A stretch of 64,000 nt of DNA from a virus. Under the pieces are notes generated by a model that ran no database searches, was not told the DNA's origin, and saw only the letters and a list, made by a program, of their open reading frames with translations. A program made the translations under genes and the position numbers. Each line of letters opens with the position of its first letter. The stretch's first letter is position 1. This document shows, piece after piece, positions 26,901 to 37,269 of the stretch. The DNA lies in IMG/VR virus record IMGVR_UViG_3300021962_000074, positions 12,671 to 76,670 of that record. The stretch is one strand, 5' to 3'.

Positions 26901-27934
26901 TTAATTCACCAATAACTGGCACAGCAAATGTCACCAAATCTAGTAACGTAGTAATTGGAGAGTCTACCGTATTTGAAACCGACCTTGAAGTTGGAGACAC
27001 CATTTCTATTAACAATGAAATTAGGAAAGTCGTTGTAATCAGAAACAATACAACGCTGGAAGTGAATACAAACTACAGATTTACTAGCACTGCTAATGAC
27101 ATACATTTATCCAGCAATGTGGTTACTGGAACATCAACCAATTTTGATCCAGAAATTGCGGTCGGAGATATTATTACGATCAATAATGAGGTCCGTAAAG
27201 TTACTGTAAGAACAGACGATACGACATTGGTAGTAAACACTCCATTTAATTACTATGCAACTGCGCAATCTTTATACAAAGCAAACATATATGTTGCAGG
27301 CGATGGAACCTCATTTACCACTGAACTACAGGCTGGTGACTATATCAAGATTAATGATGAAATTAAGAGTATTGATACTATCACCAACGATACATTATTG
27401 GCTGTAAACAGCGTATTTTCCGCGTATGCAACTGATGCTAATGTATATTTAATGGATGATACCAGAATTACAATATATGGAAATACTAACACCATATTTG
27501 ACTTTATAAATACTGGTGATCAATTATCATTTAACATTGCAGCCGCTAATTTGATGTTGGGAATGGCTAATGGTGTTGCAGACATAACCCTAGAAGATAC
27601 TCAGGTCGTAGGAACAGGTACATATTTTACCTTAGATCTACTGGTCGGCGATACTATCATGATAAATAATGAAATAAGATTGGTATCATCGATCGACGAT
27701 GATGAGAATTTAAATGTGAATTCAGCATTTACAAGCACTGCAACTGGAGAACTGGTTTATAAGAGAGAATATGTAGTGAATGCTGATGTGGAATTCGCTT
27801 CTGGGACAGAAAGCGGAAATGTGTTATTGACTAACTTGGTAATAAACGCTAACTTAGAGTCTATTGTTTACAAAGTTGTGCCAGACTACAACTCAGTAGA
27901 ATATGACTATGAAATTTTAACGGTAACGGATTAA
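23945..27934 (+). CDS. gp7: baseplate wedge initiator (gp7-like) with repeated beta modules
   Basis: QLPDFVR..YP.F..FL..YY.WLE; FY..KGSE.S...LFR.LF; IQDS..YHNYSYII...VHP.G; between gp6 and gp8. Confidence 0.75.
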   Translation: MSTSQKTISALINQQLPDFVRADYPRFRNFLEKYYAWLEDETKGNTVYHIMHSEKYRDIDETIDPFIRIFKNELLPYFPERTELDLIKILKNAREFYIKKGSEESVKWLFRVLFNEEIQVYYPKQQILKTSDGKWKLPKAFQLTLSDANQGINPNLLERHKGTGSESTATCIIESANITIDPNLGTEILEIYVSNVFKDFINGENLEIPYTDENGVDQVFVEKIIGAISGIRIDSNIRTDPLQIRRGLLYNVGDPVVVYGGLDSTPQARDAIAYVGNVSAGSIEGVTPVFPGYGYRAYTNTISIVYSSEGDDPNANATTDIRVSGLNLINVAGNSQISFQEYISVDKMPIEYLKTVQIGDGSTEYEVFTVDNRNIVLDATETDEDDVFNTYEDVYANSAGSYLTANFRAQIATSNDGSTFGNFGGGTPYTGDLLLINVHLYDGDDELTVDTANLQAVLDIGGTPHPIYTRTTAKVFTPNSVTADSIPANANSQIIQALTYETLETGGIALYNVIDGGNGFRTTPTIGITSYFDTYLSEAQKLSLVDNDEFLENEDYQTYRQPLGGFGKIAHVYIDNPGTGYTTGDQIVIGDRGYGFVGTVTVNATGSIIRTNITNRGEGYYGPKTVSVSSSGGEGAVLSAYGFGEGVINEINTGAIGRIRDIRLISRGFDYVEAPTVSLKVVDMVVTGVSEFESLNEGERVYQGDSLATATFQGIIKDFNRTTNALRLFNYSGASFNNFDPTLPFTSENGTTFTVDTSRTVTPPAQYPVETQLSGLPNPYFYGNGRGKAAADFFNGLIKYPGFYINTDGFLSADKKIQDSKLYHNYSYIIESNKSIGEYKNVIKDIVHPIGMSMLGRLKTENELNDYITANSTTYINLMNEPGSNITVADSRTNIVTGVSTAFTNTSHITSAQYAVAGDLLTIIDPNNPLRSQAKIITAVNSDTELEVESDFTYIGQGKIRSNIEFTQVTGTVTINPELSVGTVEINSPITGTANVTKSSNVVIGESTVFETDLEVGDTISINNEIRKVVVIRNNTTLEVNTNYRFTSTANDIHLSSNVVTGTSTNFDPEIAVGDIITINNEVRKVTVRTDDTTLVVNTPFNYYATAQSLYKANIYVAGDGTSFTTELQAGDYIKINDEIKSIDTITNDTLLAVNSVFSAYATDANVYLMDDTRITIYGNTNTIFDFINTGDQLSFNIAAANLMLGMANGVADITLEDTQVVGTGTYFTLDLLVGDTIMINNEIRLVSSIDDDENLNVNSAFTSTATGELVYKREYVVNADVEFASGTESGNVLLTNLVINANLESIVYKVVPDYNSVEYDYEILTVTD
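27505..27512 (+). promoter_or_regulatory. possible late promoter upstream of gp8
   Basis: TATAAATA inside gp7. Confidence 0.35.
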
Positions 27935-27937
27935 TCA

Positions 27938-29545
27938 ATGAAATCTATCATTACTCAATATCTAAGATATCAATTAGTAGAAAGGTTGAAATTGGATACA
28001 TTTTCAGTTTCCTCTAACACCTACATTGGTATTGGTCGACCAATACGTTGGGGCGATGATTCAAATGAAACTGCAGATGAAATTGAATCGCCAACATACA
28101 CTATCAACTATAGAAATCAGTTAAACAGAGACTTGGTGGCGATTAAGAAGGTACAAATATCTGATATGGCGTTAGTCGTTCCCAGAAGAGATTGGGTGTC
28201 TGGAGTTAGATATGATCCGTATGAAGACCACATAGAAATCTATAGTCATGAAGCCAAAACTTTAGTTGGTAATGCCAACACGATATCTTCCAGCACTGAA
28301 CTTGAGGAAGATGAGAACGGTATATTTACAGCTGCAAGTTTAGATGTCGGTGATATTATTCGTATCAATGGAGAAACTAGAGAAATAGTTGATATTGATG
28401 CGGGCAATGGTTTGTTAAATGTTAACATTGCGATGACTACTACTGCAACTGCAGAATCTATGATAAAGGTGTCTAATACCTATCCACAATTTGCAAATAA
28501 TTTCTATGTTCGCAATTCTAAAGATCAAGTATTTAAATGTTTATATAATGATGGTGTAAATTCAACCATTCAACCAGAAATAGACATAGATGGTCAGCTT
28601 CCAGAAAACCCATATATTCTAACTGGAGATGGCTATAAATGGAAATATCTATACACCATTCCATATGGACTAAAACAAAAGTTCTTCACCAACAACTGGA
28701 TGCCTGTTGTAAAAGACAATACAGTCGTCGCAGGTGCGATAAACGGTAGAATTGATATTATCACTATATTAGATGGGGGAAGTGGTTACTATACAATCGG
28801 TCAATCTGGTAATAGTAACACGCTACCGATTATATCAGTTGTTGGCGATGGAACTGGAGCGAATGTAACTGCAAAAGTAGAAAGTGGTGTAATTACGGAT
28901 CTAAACATTCTGAATGGTGGTAGCGGATATACCACAGCGGAGATAGTTGTAACAGATGACGATAAAGATCCAGATGGAGATACAGCATCATTTGACGTTA
29001 TAATTGGTCCTCCATCTGGACATGGAGTTGATCCAGCACGAGAACTTGGTTGTTTTTCGATAATGATCTCGGTAGAACTTAACGAACAAGAATCTGGCAA
29101 AGTCCCAGTCAGTTCAAGTTCTGGCGACTTCGACTTTAGACAGATTTCTCTAATCAGAGATCCAATACTATCAACTGGGTATTATGCTAATGGATCTGTA
29201 TATACTGCTGCAACTATTTACACTCTGACAGATCCTGGTATTACCAACTTCATTAATGACGAAACTGTGTATATCGGATCAACTTTAGAAACAGCAACAT
29301 TTACTGGGACAGTAGTTTACTGGGATCCAAATACCAATCAATTGTACCTAAACAATCTAGCAGGAACAACTGAATCTGGTCAATCAATTACTGGAGTTAC
29401 TAGCGCAGCAGTCGCAACCGTATTGTCTAGATCTGCCTCAGAAATGAGACTCTTCACTGGGGATTTACTATATATCGAGAATAGAGCAAAAATTATTCGC
29501 GACATTGATCAATCAGAACAAATTCGTATCGTTTTATCATTCTAG
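27938..29545 (+). CDS. gp8: baseplate wedge subunit
   Basis: VVPRRDW.SG..YD.Y; VFKCLYN; DGYKWKYLYTI; DFRQISL..DP; G.LLYIENR..I.R...Q.E. Confidence 0.9.
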   Translation: MKSIITQYLRYQLVERLKLDTFSVSSNTYIGIGRPIRWGDDSNETADEIESPTYTINYRNQLNRDLVAIKKVQISDMALVVPRRDWVSGVRYDPYEDHIEIYSHEAKTLVGNANTISSSTELEEDENGIFTAASLDVGDIIRINGETREIVDIDAGNGLLNVNIAMTTTATAESMIKVSNTYPQFANNFYVRNSKDQVFKCLYNDGVNSTIQPEIDIDGQLPENPYILTGDGYKWKYLYTIPYGLKQKFFTNNWMPVVKDNTVVAGAINGRIDIITILDGGSGYYTIGQSGNSNTLPIISVVGDGTGANVTAKVESGVITDLNILNGGSGYTTAEIVVTDDDKDPDGDTASFDVIIGPPSGHGVDPARELGCFSIMISVELNEQESGKVPVSSSSGDFDFRQISLIRDPILSTGYYANGSVYTAATIYTLTDPGITNFINDETVYIGSTLETATFTGTVVYWDPNTNQLYLNNLAGTTESGQSITGVTSAAVATVLSRSASEMRLFTGDLLYIENRAKIIRDIDQSEQIRIVLSF

Positions 29546-29556
29546 TAGGATAGCCA

Positions 29557-32500
29557 ATGGCAACAGAATTCAACATCGACCCATATTACGACGACTTTAA
29601 GCAGAACGCGAAAGAAAATAACTATGTTAAGATTCTTTTCAAGCCTGGAGTTTCCGTTCAGGCACGCGAACTGACTCAAATTCAGTCTATTCTACAGAAT
29701 CAGATTAAAGCATTTGGTGATCACATCTTTCAAGATGGTTCCCCAGTTATAGGAGGAAATCTTTCTTTAGATAACAATATCACATATGTCAAATTAGATG
29801 ACACCTATAACAATGAAGATATTGAGTTAGATCAGTTTGACGGTAGAGTTATTGTTAGAGATTCTGATGGACTTGTGCAAGCCAAGGTTCTAGCGACATA
29901 TTTCCCAGCTGGTGGTTCACCAACTCTAATGGTGAAGTATGTCAGCGGTATCGAATTTGACGATGGTGATATTTTCAGAGTTGCAGGAACAACTCGCAGA
30001 GCCAAGTGTATTGACTCTCAGGCTACAGGAAGGGGAACCGTTGTTTCAATCAACGAAGGTATCTTCTATGTTGATGGGTACTTTATCGAAGTCTCTGAGC
30101 AAACTACTGTGGTCAGTGCATATTCTCAGCTTGCAAATGCTAAGATTGGTCTAGAAATTACTGACGAAGTTGTAGATTATGTGGTAGATTCTACATTGCT
30201 AGATCCAGCACAGGAGTCCTTCAACTATCAGGCTCCTGGTGCAGATCGCTATCAATTCAATCTATCTCTAAGCACCAGACCTCTAGAAACAGCTGTTGAC
30301 GAATCAACTTTCTTTGAGTTGATGCGCGTCGAAAGTGGTGCTATCACTAAGCAAGTCAAGTACCCAATCTATTCAGAAATTGAAAAGACTCTGGCTAGAA
30401 GAACCTTTGATGAGTCTGGAGACTATACAGTTATTCCATTTAGAGCATCTGTCGCAAAATCCCAAGATGCTGCCAACTATATCATCAACATTGAGCCAGG
30501 AAAGGCTTATGTTAAGGGATTTGAGTTTGAAACTCTTGGCACATTTAAGATGGAAGTTGCTAAACCACGCGGTGAAACAGATCTGAAGAGTTTGATTGAT
30601 ATTGATTATGACACTTCATATGGCAATTATATCAAGGTCAAGGATCTATATGGTCCAAAAGATAGCGATGGAAATACATTTATTGATATAGAATCATTAG
30701 AGAGAGTTGATCTACACTTAGTAGACACATCAAAGGTTGCTGTTGGTCATGGCACCGCAACCTCTCCTGCTATCTATGCAAATACTAAGATTGGAACTGC
30801 TCGAATTAGAAATATCAAGAGAGACCGATCATCTGGAGCAGCTGACTATGATAGTGCTGGTGTTTATAGCATATATCTAGCAGACGTAAACATTGAACCA
30901 AAAACAGCAATTTTAACTGGTGGAACTAGCGATACTATCGTGCTGCCAGCAAATTTTTCTGCTGCAACTAATGCATATCAAAATGTAACCGTAACGATTC
31001 TACCAATTCAATTTACTACAGTCTCAGCTGCCGCAGATCTCTATGCTAATGGATATGTGACTACAACTGGAGCAGCATTTACAGGTACTGTGTACACTGG
31101 TGATGTTATTCGAATTGCTGATTACACCAGACAAGTAATCAATGTTGCAGCCGACGGTAATTCGCTTCGTATGAATAGTGGCGTAACTGCTAATATCACT
31201 GGAGCAAGTTTGGATGTTTATGTACAGACTGCATATTCTTCTGGTGTGACAGGACAAACTCGTAAGATTGTAAGTTATAATGGTGGTACGCTAACAGCAA
31301 CTTTAGATAGACCATTCGACGAAGGTGCTGCGCCAGTGGCAGGTGAGGTTGTACAATTAAACTACGCTCTAAAAGATATGGAATCTTTTATGGAGGCGAA
31401 TGCAGCTGGAGCAGGTGTTGTCAACACTGCTGCAAACGTATCAGTACAAACAAGATTGATTAATGGAGATGTGGCTACATTTGAAAATGACGACAAGGTT
31501 TTAGTGTATCGTCTGCCTAAAAACTATGTGAAGCGTGGAGATGGAATAACTCCTGGTATCACAAACGTAGATTATGTACATACCAAATACCAATCAATTA
31601 ATGCACCAACTTCAGCGTCATCTGGTGTGTTCAGATTTACTCTTGAGGCTCATGAAACAATTCCATGGTCATTTACTAACTCAAATGCTGAGGATAATCT
31701 AATTGTTGTCGCAAGACAAACTAGCGGCGCTGGTGCATCTGATGAAATATTGGTCGTTCCTGGTGCGAATATCTCCTCAGTTGTCAATGGTATTGAAATT
31801 GACACTGGTTTCCCAGATCTACAAAAGGTTGACGTTCTATGTAATGTTAAGAATAACGATGCTGAAAACAGAATCAGAACAAAGGTATTAAATAGCAATA
31901 CCACCCCAACCTTATCTCCATTCAATTATCCAGCACCAACAGATCTTAATACAGATTATACTGTATCAGTTCCTGCATATGGTTCTGTTGCTAAGATTAA
32001 CGTAGACAGTGGTATGGTGTTCATAACTGATCCAACTTATACCAATATCTATCCTGGAGACTCAATTAATCTCTTTGTTCCAGATATTGTTAAAATTCGT
32101 AAGATTATCAAGGGAACTGTAAATGACCCAGCTGATTCTGGTAACTATACAGACATTACAGACCATTTTGTAGTCGACTATGGTCAGAAAGACGATATCT
32201 ACGATCATGCCAAGTTGATATTAAAGCAAGGTTACCCATCACCAAATGCGCAAATGACAGTGCACTTCGATTTTTATGAGCATTTATATCCAGCTGGTGG
32301 TGATTCTACTTTCTTCTGCGTAGACTCTTATGATTCTAGCATTGATGATGCTGGTAGCACTCCAATATACTACTCCTCAAAGAATGGCGTGTATGATCTG
32401 AGAGATTGTTTGGACTTCCGATCAACTCGTCAAATTGGTGTTTCGACTGGAGCAATTCAAACATGCGCTTTACCAGCACCAGACATCTCAACTGAATTGT

Positions 32501-34107
32501 CCTTCTCATATTATCTGCCAAGAATTGATAAGTTAGTATTGAGTAAGACCAAAGAGTTCAAGATTATTCAGGGTGTTTCTGCGCCAAACCCAGTTGCACC
32601 ACCAGATCAAGAAGATTCAATGACTTTATATGTCATCTATCTTCCACCATATGTAAACGACGTCAATAAGATTCGCCTACAGTATATCGAGAACAAACGA
32701 TATACTATGAAAGACATCTCAAAGATTGATAAGCGTGTAGATCGTATTGAATATTATACAGCTCTAAATTCTATTGAGAATAAAGCCTTTGACGATACTT
32801 CTCAGTATGAAGATGGTACGGAAAAGGAAAAGTATGGTATAATCGGTGAGAATTTCCGTAACTTTAACATTGCTGATTATCGTCATCCAGATTTCAACTG
32901 CAGTATGGTAAGAAATGCACTAACACCATTCTTCAAGAATAGAGTAAATGGTACTAAGATAGTTTCAACTTCAAACGCAACTGAAAACGAAAAGACTATC
33001 ACCATGGCATATACTGAAGTTCCTGCAATCGTACAGGGCGTGGCAACTGAGAAGATTGTATCTGTGCAGCCATTCTTGTTTGGCACATTTATGGGTGATC
33101 TAAGAATCACTCCAGATATTGACTACTGGGTTGCAACTGATCTCAAGCCAGAAATTATTCGTGGTCCTGAGTATACAAAGGAAGTCAATACAATTACAAA
33201 TACAGTCACCAAAGAAATTATTAAAGAAATTAATACAACTCAGGTAATTGTTGAGAGAGTGAAAGAAAGAACAGTTATTGTGACTGTACCTGCTCCTGCT
33301 GTGAATAACTCACCAGCTCTAATTGAGGTTCCAAAAACTGATCCTCCACCTCCTGAACCAGAAGATGAGAGACCAGTACAAAAAGATCCTCCACCACCCG
33401 TGGTTGTGGATGAGCCAACTCCTGTTCCTCCACCAGCTCCAGAACCTGAGCCTGAGCCAGAAGTTGAGGTATTGCCAGACATTATCTCGCCAATTATTAT
33501 TCCTGCAGAAACGCAGCCTGAAGATCCTCCATATGAGCCACCTCCGCCAGAGCCAGAGGTTGAGGCTACTATTGCGCCAGAGCCTATTGTAGCATCTACA
33601 TCTTCAACAACATCGTTTGGTGGTGGTGGATGTGTTGCATTGGAAAGTTTTGTTCCTGTGGTTGAAGGTAACTCAGTAAACGGAAAACCAGTTGATCAAG
33701 CCTATCAAGTTGCAAGAATGCACAAGTTACTATTATGTGATCTAAATACTTTGTCAAATGTTGAAGGTAAGGTCAAGGATTCATTTGTTGATTATCAAGT
33801 ATGTCATAATGTCGTAACTGAATCTGGAGCGTCATTGGTATGTTCTGATACTGCTCCAATACCAACTAAGGATAATGGTATCAAGAATCCACCTGAGTTG
33901 GTTGGTGAGTTGGTGCCAGTACTTCGTAATAACAGTATTACATGGGAAAAAGTTGTTTCAAACGAAAATATGGGATATAAGTTTGTGAAGGTTATTGATG
34001 CGTATGACAATTACTTCTGGGCTGGTGCTACAGCTGATGCGTTCATACTACACCACAATATCATTTCTCAATTTAGAATTCAAGATCTAAGTTACGACAA
34101 GAAATAA
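29557..34107 (+). CDS. DUF4815/VrlC-like virion protein, N-terminal part, with Pro-rich linker and C-terminal Hint domain
   Basis: FNIDPYYDDF...ILFKPG..VQARELTQIQSILQNQI; APGADR; LARRTFDESGDY; YYLPRIDK; RYTMKDI. Confidence 0.85.
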   Translation: MATEFNIDPYYDDFKQNAKENNYVKILFKPGVSVQARELTQIQSILQNQIKAFGDHIFQDGSPVIGGNLSLDNNITYVKLDDTYNNEDIELDQFDGRVIVRDSDGLVQAKVLATYFPAGGSPTLMVKYVSGIEFDDGDIFRVAGTTRRAKCIDSQATGRGTVVSINEGIFYVDGYFIEVSEQTTVVSAYSQLANAKIGLEITDEVVDYVVDSTLLDPAQESFNYQAPGADRYQFNLSLSTRPLETAVDESTFFELMRVESGAITKQVKYPIYSEIEKTLARRTFDESGDYTVIPFRASVAKSQDAANYIINIEPGKAYVKGFEFETLGTFKMEVAKPRGETDLKSLIDIDYDTSYGNYIKVKDLYGPKDSDGNTFIDIESLERVDLHLVDTSKVAVGHGTATSPAIYANTKIGTARIRNIKRDRSSGAADYDSAGVYSIYLADVNIEPKTAILTGGTSDTIVLPANFSAATNAYQNVTVTILPIQFTTVSAAADLYANGYVTTTGAAFTGTVYTGDVIRIADYTRQVINVAADGNSLRMNSGVTANITGASLDVYVQTAYSSGVTGQTRKIVSYNGGTLTATLDRPFDEGAAPVAGEVVQLNYALKDMESFMEANAAGAGVVNTAANVSVQTRLINGDVATFENDDKVLVYRLPKNYVKRGDGITPGITNVDYVHTKYQSINAPTSASSGVFRFTLEAHETIPWSFTNSNAEDNLIVVARQTSGAGASDEILVVPGANISSVVNGIEIDTGFPDLQKVDVLCNVKNNDAENRIRTKVLNSNTTPTLSPFNYPAPTDLNTDYTVSVPAYGSVAKINVDSGMVFITDPTYTNIYPGDSINLFVPDIVKIRKIIKGTVNDPADSGNYTDITDHFVVDYGQKDDIYDHAKLILKQGYPSPNAQMTVHFDFYEHLYPAGGDSTFFCVDSYDSSIDDAGSTPIYYSSKNGVYDLRDCLDFRSTRQIGVSTGAIQTCALPAPDISTELSFSYYLPRIDKLVLSKTKEFKIIQGVSAPNPVAPPDQEDSMTLYVIYLPPYVNDVNKIRLQYIENKRYTMKDISKIDKRVDRIEYYTALNSIENKAFDDTSQYEDGTEKEKYGIIGENFRNFNIADYRHPDFNCSMVRNALTPFFKNRVNGTKIVSTSNATENEKTITMAYTEVPAIVQGVATEKIVSVQPFLFGTFMGDLRITPDIDYWVATDLKPEIIRGPEYTKEVNTITNTVTKEIIKEINTTQVIVERVKERTVIVTVPAPAVNNSPALIEVPKTDPPPPEPEDERPVQKDPPPPVVVDEPTPVPPPAPEPEPEPEVEVLPDIISPIIIPAETQPEDPPYEPPPPEPEVEATIAPEPIVASTSSTTSFGGGGCVALESFVPVVEGNSVNGKPVDQAYQVARMHKLLLCDLNTLSNVEGKVKDSFVDYQVCHNVVTESGASLVCSDTAPIPTKDNGIKNPPELVGELVPVLRNNSITWEKVVSNENMGYKFVKVIDAYDNYFWAGATADAFILHHNIISQFRIQDLSYDKK
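33631..34059 (+). other. Hint (intein/BIL-like) domain, 143 aa, no endonuclease
   Basis: GGGG|CVALESFV...LVCSDTAPI...FWAG...FILHHN|I: Cys1 and terminal His-Asn. Confidence 0.75.
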
Positions 34108-34118
34108 GGGTAATTTAA

Positions 34119-37100
34119 ATGGCAGACATTTTTGTACAACAAGGAACTCTAGTATCAGAAGTTTCTTTGATTCCATTTATCCGCAAACAAGATATTGTTT
34201 TCGATGCTGATAATCTTCGCCCATATAAAATTGCGCGTATGTTTTTTGACGAGATTGCGGTTAATCGCTGGTGTCAAAAGTCAAATAAAATTGTACTAAA
34301 CTCTAAGAAAAGATTAACTGTCAACGCAAATAGCGCATTAGCGCACTCAGGAAACACAGTATATCAAGGAACTTCCTTCGAAGGAGCAACTTTTACTGCG
34401 AAGGTCGACACGTTTAATAGTGGAACTGGCATACTTGTAATCAACAATATGTCAGGTAATTTTGATGAGAGTGCTGTAGTTTATGTGCAAAACGCCAACG
34501 GAACTACTGCATTCAGCGGAAACATTATTTCAATCACCAATCAAAATACATCAGATATTTTCTATGGTGGTGAAGAATTAATTTGTCCAAATAATAATAT
34601 TTTCTTCCAAGTAATTGGCACTTCTGGTGAAAATATTCTATATGTAAATGAAAACTTCGTAACTATTGACGTCTCTACCACTGATCAGGCGTATATATCT
34701 CAATTTAAAGTCGGTGAGTTAGTATTCCAAAATCCGACTGGTGTGAATAGAGCCAACTTGAGATCTTATCTTGCAAAAGTTGTTTATGTAACACCAACTG
34801 GCGGTTCCATTTCTCTACAGACAATTAATGGAACATTGAATGTTCATCCAACTGATACAGAAGCAAGACTGTGGAATGGATCAAACCGATCTGTGCAAAA
34901 TCCTTTGCAGTGTAACGATGTTAAGTTGTATGACATGCAAGCGAATAATGTCATAACATCAATCAAGAATCCTACCAAGAACGTATCAATAGTTTCCCAC
35001 ATACACAGTTCTGGTATCATCGCTAACACTGATGCTGCTACAGATTTAAGTGCAGATTACATATATGTCAGTTCATCCAATACCAGTATCGCTAATGGAA
35101 ATCTAATGTATTTCACAGCTGGATCTGGTCTAGGTCAGCTGCGAAGAGTTATAGAAATTGACGGAAAGAAAATTAGGTTGAATTCTGCTCTTACAATCAA
35201 TCCAACACATACAACCAAGTATTCATTGGGCAATCATGTTGTTGACGAAAATGGTTCATTGTCAGGTATCTTCAATCTCCCAGCTGAACCAAACTTCAAG
35301 TTCAAGACTGGTGAGAGAGTATTCACCGTAACAGACACTAATAAACTATCAGATACTGACTTCACAATGAAGGCTTCTGCCAAGTTTACTGCTAGTGGTT
35401 TATTGAACAAGGCTCAGAGAATTGTGACGACTCCAATCAATCGTCCAATGCCTGAGTATAATCCAGATAATCCGATTACTCCATTAGATCCAACAGAAAG
35501 AACATATAATTCAACTACCACGACTCAGCCAGTTGTGGGTACTACCACTACTGATATCCCAAGAATTCAGATTTCTGACGGATTGTCACAAACATTCTTT
35601 ACGCCAAAAACCAAAGGCAACAAAGTAAATAGTGGCATTTTTGCAACATCCATTGATTTGTTCTTTAAAAATAAACCAAGCACAGCAAATGGATCTCTGC
35701 AATTACCTGTAACTGTTAAAATTGCTGAAGTGAAAAATGGTTATCCAACCAAAAACTATTTGGCTGCTAAGACAATTAAGGCTAAAGATGTGAAGGTTTC
35801 AACTAACCCAAGTACATCAAATGCTGCAACATATACCAAGTTTACTTTCAATGATCCAGTCTATCTATTACCAGACAGTGAGTATGCAATCGTAGTTTCT
35901 TCTGAATCGCCAGAATACGAACTATACATTGCGGAGATTGGTGGTAATGTGTTAGGTGCTGATCCTCCTCGTCGTATTTCTGAACAACCATATGCTGGTT
36001 CATTGTTCAAGTCTCAAAACGCTACAACTTGGACTCCATACCAGAATCAAGATTTGATGTTCGTTGTCAATAAGGCGAAATTTAATATTGGCACTTCATC
36101 AAGTGCTACATTCAATCTTGAGGTTCCTCCTGGTTATACGCAAAATGTGGATAGAGTAATGTTGCACAGCAACCAATTAACTTTCCCCAAAGCGAGCATT
36201 GATTACAGAGTAAAGAGCACATATAAATCAAACAACAATTTCGAAAGTGTTGGATATTATGTGGCACCACATAAGCAATTCTTATATGGTAATCTATTAG
36301 ACGCTGCGGTCAGAAAGACTTCTTTATCTAATACAAACAGTCGATTGATTCAGTTTGGTAACGCAAACAGTATCATGATCGTTACTGAGTTTGCTTCTTC
36401 TGACGAAGACATTAGTCCAGTGTTTAACCAAGAATCTCTCTCAGTCATCACATCTGAGCACAATATTAATAACGGTGAACTTCCAAATACAGTAATCAGC
36501 GTTGTTAATCGCGGTGTTGGATACAATGCAGTGGTCACAACAGGCAACTCAATCCACACTCATTCTGGTGGAACAGAAACAGACACTGATCTAGCAGATG
36601 CGGCTCAGGCGTTCAGAGAAACTTTCCTGGACACCGATTATGATGTAGGTTTTTATGCTATATCTATTTCTGGTGGCGGTGGTACTGGTGCGAATGGATT
36701 TGCTGTAGCCAACACTACTGGCACAGAAACGATAGACTATATCGTAATTACAGAAGGTGGATCTGGATATATTGAAAATCCAACTATCACCATTGCTCCT
36801 GGTAACACTGCAACTTCCGTAACTGCTGCAGCGATTATTAATGGTGAAACTGGTAAGAGCGGTGGTAATATTCGCGCTAAATATTTAACAAGACAAATAG
36901 TCCTAGAAGATGGATTTGAGTCTGGAGATCTTAGAGTATTCATGGATTGTATTAGACCAAACGGAACTGATATCCAAGTATATTATAAAGTGTTGTCTGG
37001 AGAAGATTCAGATAGATTCACTGATAAAAGATGGGTTCGTATGTTGAAAAAGGTGGATAAGAACTCTAAGAGTTTGCGAGATATAATTGAACTAGAATTT

Positions 37101-37268
37101 AAGCCAAATCTAGATGAAAACAAATTATATTATTTCGATAGTGGTCAAAAGTATCCTATCGGCGACAAGTTTAAGTATTTTGCAATCAAGGTTTGTATGT
37201 TATCTGAAGACGAGGCAGTTATACCAACTATTCGAAATCTTCGTATTATAGCTGCTCCAGAGGGATAA
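34119..37268 (+). CDS. DUF4815/VrlC-like virion protein, C-terminal part
   Basis: IPFIR...; FKTGER.F; LSQTFF...GIFATSIDLFF; GSLFKSQNATTW...QDLMF; AKYLTR.I.L; F.YFAIK. Confidence 0.8.
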   Translation: MADIFVQQGTLVSEVSLIPFIRKQDIVFDADNLRPYKIARMFFDEIAVNRWCQKSNKIVLNSKKRLTVNANSALAHSGNTVYQGTSFEGATFTAKVDTFNSGTGILVINNMSGNFDESAVVYVQNANGTTAFSGNIISITNQNTSDIFYGGEELICPNNNIFFQVIGTSGENILYVNENFVTIDVSTTDQAYISQFKVGELVFQNPTGVNRANLRSYLAKVVYVTPTGGSISLQTINGTLNVHPTDTEARLWNGSNRSVQNPLQCNDVKLYDMQANNVITSIKNPTKNVSIVSHIHSSGIIANTDAATDLSADYIYVSSSNTSIANGNLMYFTAGSGLGQLRRVIEIDGKKIRLNSALTINPTHTTKYSLGNHVVDENGSLSGIFNLPAEPNFKFKTGERVFTVTDTNKLSDTDFTMKASAKFTASGLLNKAQRIVTTPINRPMPEYNPDNPITPLDPTERTYNSTTTTQPVVGTTTTDIPRIQISDGLSQTFFTPKTKGNKVNSGIFATSIDLFFKNKPSTANGSLQLPVTVKIAEVKNGYPTKNYLAAKTIKAKDVKVSTNPSTSNAATYTKFTFNDPVYLLPDSEYAIVVSSESPEYELYIAEIGGNVLGADPPRRISEQPYAGSLFKSQNATTWTPYQNQDLMFVVNKAKFNIGTSSSATFNLEVPPGYTQNVDRVMLHSNQLTFPKASIDYRVKSTYKSNNNFESVGYYVAPHKQFLYGNLLDAAVRKTSLSNTNSRLIQFGNANSIMIVTEFASSDEDISPVFNQESLSVITSEHNINNGELPNTVISVVNRGVGYNAVVTTGNSIHTHSGGTETDTDLADAAQAFRETFLDTDYDVGFYAISISGGGGTGANGFAVANTTGTETIDYIVITEGGSGYIENPTITIAPGNTATSVTAAAIINGETGKSGGNIRAKYLTRQIVLEDGFESGDLRVFMDCIRPNGTDIQVYYKVLSGEDSDRFTDKRWVRMLKKVDKNSKSLRDIIELEFKPNLDENKLYYFDSGQKYPIGDKFKYFAIKVCMLSEDEAVIPTIRNLRIIAAPEG

Positions 37269-37269
37269 T

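Noticed and set aside
33631-34059. Canonical mobile intein
   Set aside because: No homing endonuclease, +1 residue is Ile and the C-extein is only 15 aa; kept as a Hint/BIL-like domain
34105-34121. Readthrough or frameshift joining the two DUF4815 halves
   Set aside because: The ORFs are in different frames, the second has its own AAGGG RBS and an in-frame TAA directly before its ATG; separate translation is simpler
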